Source: an uncultured Acidimicrobiia bacterium
Lineage (GTDB): Bacteria; Actinomycetota; Acidimicrobiia; Spongiisociales; UBA5794
DNA: 64,000 bases
Assembly: GCA_963708235.1 (NCBI GenBank)
Contig: OY970200.1
Coordinates: forward strand, 395,146 to 459,145
Direction of reading: 5' to 3'
A program made the position numbers and the translations under genes. Positions 40,251 to 47,180 of the stretch are shown piece after piece; position 1 is the first letter of the stretch, and every line of letters begins with the position of its first letter. Below the pieces are notes generated by a model, which saw only the letters and a program-made list of their open reading frames with translations, did not search any database and was not told where the DNA came from.

Positions 40251-40440
40251 CCCTCCTCGGGAGGAGGGGTGGCTGCGGACGCTTGCGGACGCAGACGGGG
40301 CGGAGCGCGACCTCGATGTCCGCCTCGCCCGCAGTGTCTCCGACGGGCACGAACGGCGCCACGGACCCCCCCGAACGCGCAGGCCCGTCCGCGGCAGGTC
40401 AACCCTGAGGGACAACGAGCTCGCGCCCCTCCCCACCAAC
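40232..40440. repeat. Dispersed repeat X (copy B, 40232..40345) followed by Y (40395..40435)
   Basis: Begins with hairpin CCCCTCCTCGGGAGGAGGGG, then GGTGGCTGCGGACGCTTGCGGACGCAGACGGGGCGG as in copy A. The Y segment GAGGGACAACGAGCTCGCGCCCCTCCCCA matches 28715..28745. Confidence 0.55.
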
Positions 40441-40570
40441 TGGAGAAGCGTGCGGGGAGGCCAAGCGAACAACGCCGCCAGCCGCGCTGCGGTGTGTTTG
40501 TATGTCGGCTCAGCGGTGCCCTGAGACGTCAGCCGAGGTGGCGGTCGGGGCGATCTCGAAGGAGGCGCAG

Positions 40571-41422
40571 GTGCCACGCCCGTTTCAACAGGTCAACGTT
40601 TTCGGAGCCGGCAAGGTCGATGGCAATCCCTTGGCGGTGGTGGTCGACTCGGAGGGGTTGAGCACCGACGAGATGCTGGCATTCACGCGCTGGATGAATC
40701 TCTCCGAGACCGCCTTTCTGCTTCCCCCGACGCAGCCGGGCGCCGACTATCGGGTCCGGATCTTCACGTTGGTCGGCGAGCTGCCGTTCGCCGGACATCC
40801 CACCCTTGGTTCCTGCCATGTGTGGCTGTCGACCCTGGGTCGGGATCATGCGGGCGGCACGGTCGTCCAGGAATGTGGCGCAGGTCTGGTGCCGATCCGT
40901 CGCAGCGATCCCGGTCTGGCGTTTGCGGCACCGCCGCTGCTGCGCGAGGGACCCGTCGACCCCGGCTATCTCGACGGCGTGCTGGCGATCCTCGGGGTCA
41001 CCGCCGACGAGGTGGTCGACTCACAATGGGTGGACAACGGCCCGGGCTGGGTCGGAGTGCTTCTCCGGGACGCCGAGGCGGTGCTTGCGGTGCAGCCCGA
41101 TGTCGGCCGGCACCAGGGTGACGACCGCTTCGACATCGGCATCGTCGGCGCCTACCCGCCGGGTTCCGAATGCGCCTTCGAGGTCCGTGCGCTGTTCACC
41201 GAGGACGGGGGAGGTATGCGCGAAGACCCGGTGACCGGCAGCCTCAATGCCTCGCTGGGGCAGTGGCTGTTTGGCGCCGGGTACGCCACCGCACCCTATG
41301 TCGCCGCTCAGGGGACGCGACTGGGCAGATCGGGCCGGGCCCACATCGATCAGGACACCGAAGGACAGGTGTGGGTCGGCGGCGCCACCGTCACGCTCAT
41401 CTCGGGCGAGGTCGATCTCTGA
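40571..41422 (+). CDS. PhzF-family (phenazine biosynthesis-like) isomerase
   Basis: GTG start after GAAGGAGG. FQQVNVFG..GNPLAVV N-terminus and overall PhzF/DAP-epimerase-like fold pattern. Confidence 0.7.
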   Translation: MPRPFQQVNVFGAGKVDGNPLAVVVDSEGLSTDEMLAFTRWMNLSETAFLLPPTQPGADYRVRIFTLVGELPFAGHPTLGSCHVWLSTLGRDHAGGTVVQECGAGLVPIRRSDPGLAFAAPPLLREGPVDPGYLDGVLAILGVTADEVVDSQWVDNGPGWVGVLLRDAEAVLAVQPDVGRHQGDDRFDIGIVGAYPPGSECAFEVRALFTEDGGGMREDPVTGSLNASLGQWLFGAGYATAPYVAAQGTRLGRSGRAHIDQDTEGQVWVGGATVTLISGEVDL

Positions 41423-41438
41423 ATCCACCCCGACACCC

Positions 41439-41939
41439 CTAGCGGGTGACGGCGACCGAATCCTCGAACTCGACGGAGTTGACCTCATCGGTGTAGGCGA
41501 CGGTCGGCGCCGTGATCTCCACCCACTCGAAGATCGGGCGGGGGTTGTTCGCCGGGTCGTGGACGTCGGGGCTGGTCGTGGCAACCGCCGAGATCCGGGC
41601 GTTCGAGAGTTGGATGCTGAACCGGTGCCGGGTCTCACCCGAATCGGGGTTGGTGTCGAACAGCTTGATCGTGCCGTCGAGAACCTGGTTCATGACCAAT
41701 GCCCGGTACAGCAACGGTGTGGTGCGGTCGGTCGGCTTGCGGATACGAACCGGGTCGATGGTGCGTCGCCCGGCGCGCGCCGACCCCGCCTCCTTTGCGG
41801 CCTGCCGCGACCCGAAATGCAGCTCATAGCCCTCGATGTGATCTGCGGACACATCGACCCCACCCATCGTTGAATTGGAGACGTCGCCGGTCAGGGCGCT
41901 CCCGTTGATCGTGAACTCGCAATAGAACAGCTGAGCCAT
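41439..41939 (-). CDS. Hcp-family (T6SS inner-tube-like) protein, orphan
   Basis: ATG 41939 with GAGGGAGG SD. MAQLFYCEFTING..HIEGYELHFGSRQ..IDPVRIRKPTDRTTPLLYRALVMNQVLDGTIKLF aligns with Hcp1 (IDVLAWSWGMSQ..LSFTKYIDKSTPNLMMACSSGKHY..). GC ~63%, below the local background. Confidence 0.6.
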   Translation of the reverse strand: MAQLFYCEFTINGSALTGDVSNSTMGGVDVSADHIEGYELHFGSRQAAKEAGSARAGRRTIDPVRIRKPTDRTTPLLYRALVMNQVLDGTIKLFDTNPDSGETRHRFSIQLSNARISAVATTSPDVHDPANNPRPIFEWVEITAPTVAYTDEVNSVEFEDSVAVTR

Positions 41940-42138
41940 CGTCGTTCCTCCCTCGTCGAATCCCACATCGAGGATGCTCCCGGTGCGAAACCTACCCGAG
42001 GGAGGTATCCGCTGTGGATCGCCGGGAAGGCCGTCTTCCGCCGTCTGCGCACCGGGCGCGCTCCTGGTGGACCGAACTCATCATGTAGAGCGAAGAAACA
42101 TCTTGTACTCTCGGTAGACATCAATTACAATCGAACAC

Positions 42139-43413
42139 ATGTTCGCTTCAGGTTTCTTCGACAACGAAGACCGGTTGATGTCACGGTCGATGCGGTTGGC
42201 CTATGCCGATGTCGACGATGCGCGATCCGACCTGGTTCGCATCGAGGGCCAGATCGCCGAACTCCGTGCCGAACAGATCCGGATCCTGGCGTGGCTCGAC
42301 GCCCGCAAGGTGGCTCGGGTCGAAAAGGCGCGGTCGATGGAAGAATGGACGGCGGCGACCCTCGACGTGACCCCGGCGACTGCCCGTGATCTCGTGTCCG
42401 TCGCCCGCAGCGAAGACGAGGTCCCTGCGGTGCGGGACGATCTCAGCAGCGGGGCCATCACGTTCGACCGGGCCGTGGCGACCGGTGCGCTGGTGGCGGC
42501 GGGCGGAACCGAACACGACGTCGCCGAGAGTCGCGATCGCGATCTCGTCGGCGTTCGCCGCCGTACCGCCCAGTTGAAGCGGGTCACCCGTGTCGACGAG
42601 GAAGAGCTGATGCGGCAGCGTCACCTGTCGATCACTCCCACCCTGGGCAACACCGCCTGGAAGATCAGCGGAATCGCTCCCGGATATGAAGGTCACGTCA
42701 TTGCCAAGGCCCTCGAGCAGGTAGCGGAGGGATTCCCGTCCAACCGGGCGGGCGGAAGCGAGCAGAGCCGTTCACAGCGGATGCTCGATGCGCTCACCGC
42801 ACTCTCCCAGGATGCCCTCGACGGACTGAACGCGGTCGATCTCGTCGATCCCGTCGACGACGATGATGACGACGACGGTCATCCGATACCGTCGACCGAT
42901 CCGGGTACCCCGATCCGGTTGGTCGGGTCATCGGTGACGGTGTTCCTCGATGGGGACCGGGCCGCACAGAGTGCCGGGGAGCTCGGTGGGGAGATCGCCG
43001 CCGGCCCGCGCATCGGCCCTGACACCTTGGACCGCATTCTGTGCGGTGGAACGATCGGTCTGGTGGTGCTGGACCGGAACGGCAAACCGGTGGTTTCGAC
43101 CCCCAGGTCCCGCCGCATCCCACCGGCGATCCGGGATTTCGTACTTCGTCGCGACGGCGGATGTGTGATGGAAGGGTGTCGAAGTCGGTATCGGCTCGAA
43201 CCTCACCACATCCTGCGCTACGCCGATGGTGGCACGCACCATGTCGACAATCTGGTGACGCTGTGCTGGCATCACCATCACGTCGTGGTTCACCGCTCCG
43301 GTGAGCGAATCGATCCCGACAGTCCGCCGCACCGTCGAAGATTCCTCCGCCCCGGCGAACGACGCGCCCTCATCGAGGCCGAACGGATCGCCATGGCCCG
43401 GGACATCGAGTGA
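42139..43413 (+). CDS. DUF222 + HNH endonuclease protein (REP13E12-like family)
   Basis: C-terminal HNH: CRSRYRLEPHHILRYADGGTHHVDNLVTLCWHHHHVVVH. N-terminal domain as in the mycobacterial 13E12 repeat proteins. AT-rich promoter region upstream. Confidence 0.7.
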   Translation: MFASGFFDNEDRLMSRSMRLAYADVDDARSDLVRIEGQIAELRAEQIRILAWLDARKVARVEKARSMEEWTAATLDVTPATARDLVSVARSEDEVPAVRDDLSSGAITFDRAVATGALVAAGGTEHDVAESRDRDLVGVRRRTAQLKRVTRVDEEELMRQRHLSITPTLGNTAWKISGIAPGYEGHVIAKALEQVAEGFPSNRAGGSEQSRSQRMLDALTALSQDALDGLNAVDLVDPVDDDDDDDGHPIPSTDPGTPIRLVGSSVTVFLDGDRAAQSAGELGGEIAAGPRIGPDTLDRILCGGTIGLVVLDRNGKPVVSTPRSRRIPPAIRDFVLRRDGGCVMEGCRSRYRLEPHHILRYADGGTHHVDNLVTLCWHHHHVVVHRSGERIDPDSPPHRRRFLRPGERRALIEAERIAMARDIE

Positions 43414-43464
43414 GGAACGGACCTCTTGGTCCCCTTTTCCTCACTCAGGCTCAGACCGGCAGCC

Positions 43465-44853
43465 TCAGATCAGGCTCTTGGCGGTGCTGTACTTCTTGGT
43501 CTCCATGGCCGACGAGAAGGTGTCCCACTTGACCTTGGTTTTCCGATCGAAGGTGTCGATCAACTCGGTGTACTTCCCAGCGAAGTACGCCTGCTGGACG
43601 GTGGCGTTTCCGACCCGCGTGGCGAGTTTTTCCATGACCTCGTGGTCGTTCGGATAGTTGCCGCGGATGATCCCGAGGGGTTCGGTGACCTTGCGGGTGA
43701 ACAACTCGGTCAACCCCTCGTCGATGGTGGACACCCCGGCCAGCTTGTACTGGCTGATCAGCGAGTCGCGCAGCGTGGGGTCGGCGTATTTGTGCATCCC
43801 CTCGTGGAGCACGGTGCCGGCGTTTCCCCAGTTCTTGTTGACCCAGATGTGGCGTTTGGGCAGGTTGACATCGACAAAAGCGTTGCAGACGCTGGAGTCG
43901 GTGTAGCCGAACGGTCCCCATTGCCGGAAGAAGGCGTCGTCCCAGTCCTTGCCCCCGACCACCGACACCTCCCCTTCGACCCTGCGGCCCTTGGTCACGG
44001 CATCCAACCCCAGGTCCTGCATGTAGCCCTGGATGTGCTGGTCCGCCACGGGTGCCTTCATGTGCTCGGTCCAGCCCGGGGTGGCTTCGCTCAGGTCCTT
44101 GTCCGGCTGGTTGTAGACCCGCAGGGCGGGGAGCAGCGCCAGATAGACGTCCTTCTTCAGCGTCAGGCGGGCCGTGTTCATCAACGTGGTGTCCTGGGAG
44201 ACCGTATCCCGTTCGTCCTGGGTGGCCTTCTCGATAAAGGGCCGGACATCGTCGATGGTCGTTGCGGTGGCCCCGTAGTCCTCGATGAACCGGGTGATCC
44301 TCGCCTTGAACGACATCCCCTGGCGGGTGTAGACCTTCATCATCGAGGCGACGTCGGCCCCGGCGGGATCGAGCCGGAAGGTCCCGGTGCGGATGTAGGC
44401 GTCGAGACCGTCGACCTTGTCGACCATCTTGTACCAGACGGTGTCTTTGGGGTTCTCCCGGTACTCCGACGGCTCCGGCGCCTCGTCGGTCTCCAGACGT
44501 GACGTGAACGGCTTGTTGTCGTGGATGGCGACATGTGAGTCCGGCGCAAACTCCTTGCCGGACCTCCCGTGCACCAGCGAGTCCCGGTCGGTTGGCCGGA
44601 TCCGCGGCTTGGTCTTGGTGGTGATCACCGCATCGACCGGTTTGCGCTGGACGGCGACATGCGACGAGACCGCCCGATTGCCGGCGGCGTGCAGCCCGGG
44701 AACCGATGGCGGCAGCCGATCCACGCCACCGCGCCGTACGGCCGAGCGACCGGTCCCGGTGGCGCTCTGGTCGGATCGTTGCGTCGACGTGACCCGACGC
44801 GACAGCGACATTCTCGAACGGTGCGACATCCTCGAACCTCCGGAAGGAGACAC
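43465..44853 (-). CDS. Hypothetical HExxH zinc-metallopeptidase-like protein with a disordered Ser/Arg-rich N-terminus (toxin/effector candidate)
   Basis: GGAGG SD before ATG 44853. VLHEGMHKY...IDEGLTE (HExxH + downstream Glu). Lys-rich, GC ~55% versus ~70% background. Confidence 0.5.
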   Translation of the reverse strand: MSPSGGSRMSHRSRMSLSRRVTSTQRSDQSATGTGRSAVRRGGVDRLPPSVPGLHAAGNRAVSSHVAVQRKPVDAVITTKTKPRIRPTDRDSLVHGRSGKEFAPDSHVAIHDNKPFTSRLETDEAPEPSEYRENPKDTVWYKMVDKVDGLDAYIRTGTFRLDPAGADVASMMKVYTRQGMSFKARITRFIEDYGATATTIDDVRPFIEKATQDERDTVSQDTTLMNTARLTLKKDVYLALLPALRVYNQPDKDLSEATPGWTEHMKAPVADQHIQGYMQDLGLDAVTKGRRVEGEVSVVGGKDWDDAFFRQWGPFGYTDSSVCNAFVDVNLPKRHIWVNKNWGNAGTVLHEGMHKYADPTLRDSLISQYKLAGVSTIDEGLTELFTRKVTEPLGIIRGNYPNDHEVMEKLATRVGNATVQQAYFAGKYTELIDTFDRKTKVKWDTFSSAMETKKYSTAKSLI

Positions 44854-44957
44854 TCGCCCTCGACCCTACCGAGCAGGTTCAGCCGGCCGCCCTCGTTCGG
44901 GCCATGCTGCCCCGAAGTCTGCCCGAACCGACACCTGTGCCCAGTTGGCGAGCTCGG

Positions 44958-45668
44958 TCAATCTGTGAAGTAGCACGTGGCTGTGATCAGGGTCCCGTCC
45001 GTACCCGAGAGCACGAGCCGGTCGAGTCCCTGAAACTCCGACGGGAGGCTGACGAGCTCCTCGAGGGTCACGCCCCCACATCCTTGGAGATCGAGCGCGG
45101 CGTCGGGAATCAGGATGAAGCCATCCTCGGTGACGACCCGCTCGGGAGAACTCTCGACGATACGCCGGGTGGGCAATGCAAGACGGTCGTAGTCGGTCTC
45201 AGCCACCTGGACTGGAGTCTCATTGTCGAGTTCCTCATCCGTCAGGCTGTCGGGCATCACGATGCGCAGAGCTTCGCTGGTGCCGGTTGCGTCGACGGTG
45301 GCGATTGCATGGCACGCAAGGCGGGAGGTGGCCGATGGGGGGTCGGGGGTGAGGAGGTCGCAGGCGTGACCGATCTCGGTGTAGGCCCGAACCGCGAACG
45401 TGGTGCCGTCGTCGAGCACGAGGGTCGCCGGCCCCACGGTGATGACCGGACCGCGCATCACGATTCGGAAGTCGGCGTCTCGTCTCACCTCGACCACGCG
45501 GCCAAACACCGTGGTCGACGCAATCGCGGCATCCGTTGTCGGAGGTGCCGTTGAGGATCCGCCAGTGGTGTCCGGAACCTCGATGGCGGTCGACCCGGTG
45601 CAGCCCATGAGAACGAGCGAGATCGCCACCATCCCCACCATCGACGATGTCAACCCGGTGTACCGCAT
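44958..45668 (-). CDS. Hypothetical lipoprotein
   Basis: MVGMVAISLVLMGCTGS lipobox. 236 aa. Confidence 0.5.
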   Translation of the reverse strand: MRYTGLTSSMVGMVAISLVLMGCTGSTAIEVPDTTGGSSTAPPTTDAAIASTTVFGRVVEVRRDADFRIVMRGPVITVGPATLVLDDGTTFAVRAYTEIGHACDLLTPDPPSATSRLACHAIATVDATGTSEALRIVMPDSLTDEELDNETPVQVAETDYDRLALPTRRIVESSPERVVTEDGFILIPDAALDLQGCGGVTLEELVSLPSEFQGLDRLVLSGTDGTLITATCYFTD

Positions 45669-45789
45669 CGACGCACGCTATCCGATTCGCCGGCGACGGC
45701 GTGGAGCAACGTCCCGATGCTCACCGAGCGTCCCGCTCAACCGGGGCCATATCGGCCGTTCAAACAGGGCTCCACCGGACGCCTCTCTG

Positions 45790-46233
45790 TCAGTGCCAGT
45801 CGCTGATGCTGACGTCGTTCGGAGCGGGACGGCCGCGGCCGGTCTCGACCAGTTCCTTGAGGCTCATCAGGAATGTCGCCCACTTGGTGCTGCAGTGGTG
45901 CATGAACTCGCCGGGCTCCTGCCAGCCCTCATGGGAGAACAGGACGATGGTGTATTCGTTGCGCTGGTCGAGTCGCCAGACGATCTCGGTCCCGATCCAC
46001 TCGTCGGGACCGGCGACGACCTGCCACCGGATGTGGCCGGACGGATCGAGCTCGAGGATCTCCATGTCGAAGCCGCCGACCTCGCCGAACCGGAAGGCCA
46101 GCTCGCCGCCGACCTCGCTCTTGCCGATGGTGTCGGTGGTCCACCATTCGGCGAGACCTTCCGGCGTCGCCACGGCCTGATACACCTCGTCGAGCGGGGC
46201 CACGACGCCGATGCGGTGAAGGATTTCAACCAT
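45790..46233 (-). CDS. SRPBCC-superfamily (AHSA1/polyketide-cyclase-like) protein
   Basis: Start at internal Met MVEILHRIGVVAPLDEVYQAVATPEGLAEWW. Typical partner of an ArsR regulator. Confidence 0.6.
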   Translation of the reverse strand: MVEILHRIGVVAPLDEVYQAVATPEGLAEWWTTDTIGKSEVGGELAFRFGEVGGFDMEILELDPSGHIRWQVVAGPDEWIGTEIVWRLDQRNEYTIVLFSHEGWQEPGEFMHHCSTKWATFLMSLKELVETGRGRPAPNDVSISDWH

Positions 46234-46591
46234 TGGGTTCTCCCGGGGTGTTTGTGGTGCTGCGATTGCGTTCGATCGTCTCGGCGATCTGCTTGATTCG
46301 GCGGAGACGGGCATCCCAGGCGGCGCCCACCGAGGACAACTGGGCGACGGCACGGGCGAGTTGGGTCTCGTCGATCTGGTAGTGACGTTCCCGGCCGATC
46401 GGTGCGCCATGGACCAGACCGACCCGGTCCAGCACCGCCAGGTGTTTGGACACGGCCTGGCGGGTGACCGGCAGCCTTTCGCTGAGCGAGGTGGCGGTGC
46501 CGGTGCCGTCGGTCACCAGGAGGTCGATCATGGACCGGCGGGTGGGGTCGCCGATCGCCGACCAGAGTTCGTTGTCGATGGCGGTGCTCAC
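46226..46591 (-). CDS. ArsR/SmtB-family transcriptional regulator
   Basis: GTG 46591. wHTH ..SAIGDPTRRSMIDLLVTDGTGTATSLSERLPVTRQAVSKHLAVLDRVGLV. Confidence 0.7.
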   Translation of the reverse strand: MSTAIDNELWSAIGDPTRRSMIDLLVTDGTGTATSLSERLPVTRQAVSKHLAVLDRVGLVHGAPIGRERHYQIDETQLARAVAQLSSVGAAWDARLRRIKQIAETIERNRSTTNTPGEPNG

Positions 46592-47046
46592 GAGGCCGCA
46601 ACCAGCCGGGCCACGTAGGCGCCGAGTCGCGGCATGAAGAAGTCCCAGCCGTTCTCGTGGTCGCGGTACTGCTCCTCGAGGACGGCGATCTCCCAGCCCA
46701 TCTCGCGGAACCCGGTCTCGGTCATCCGGATGTGGGTTCCGCCGTCGGCCGGGGTCAGCTCGAACGTGACCAGCAGCGAATTCCCGACCCGGGTCTGGTC
46801 CGGGAAGCACCAGCGGAAAGAGAAGCGCCTCGGAGGGTCGACCTCGACCACGGCGAGGGCCACGCTCGTCGTGTCCCCCGTCGTCTCGTCACGCCACACC
46901 AGCTCCCCGGCGCCGCCCACCACCGGCTCGAACCGGGCATCATCCGGCCACCACTCCCGAATGTGCTCGGGGCGGCTGACCACCTCGAACGCCACCTCCG
47001 GAGAAGCGTCGACATGGATATCCCGCTCGATCGTTCCGTACTCCAT
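46588..47046 (-). CDS. SRPBCC-superfamily (AHSA1-like) protein
   Basis: Start at internal Met MEYGTIERDIHVDASPEVAFEVV. GTGA overlap with arsR. Confidence 0.6.
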   Translation of the reverse strand: MEYGTIERDIHVDASPEVAFEVVSRPEHIREWWPDDARFEPVVGGAGELVWRDETTGDTTSVALAVVEVDPPRRFSFRWCFPDQTRVGNSLLVTFELTPADGGTHIRMTETGFREMGWEIAVLEEQYRDHENGWDFFMPRLGAYVARLVAAS

Positions 47047-47060
47047 TCGTACCCCGTCCT

Positions 47061-47120
47061 TTCGCAACCGATAGTTGCAGCAACCTATCACGAGAGCCTG
47101 AGTAACGCAATCACAAGTTG
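47061..47120. promoter_or_regulatory. Two inverted repeats upstream of the SRPBCC-arsR-SRPBCC operon, candidate ArsR operators
   Basis: GCAACCGATAGTTGC (5-bp arms) at ~47064..47078 and ACGCAATCACAAGTTGCGT (6-bp arms) at ~47098..47116, 15-70 bp upstream of start 47046. Confidence 0.35.
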
Positions 47121-47180
47121 CGTAATGGCTGGCGGGATGTTTCGCATCGGATGCTGATCGTGATGCGGTAGCGTCGCGGC

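Noticed and set aside
37870-40362. N-terminal 200-aa extension of the ABC transporter ORF reading RGENDQKRA / GPEERTTRSG repeats
   Set aside because: It is a translation of the 26/27-bp tandem array in shifting frames. The bona fide start is ATG 39735 (MASAPISPDIL), downstream of the array.
41439-44853. Complete type VI secretion system or prophage
   Set aside because: Only a tube-like gene plus a putative toxin and an HNH gene are present. There are no sheath, baseplate, ATPase, integrase, capsid or terminase genes anywhere in the window.
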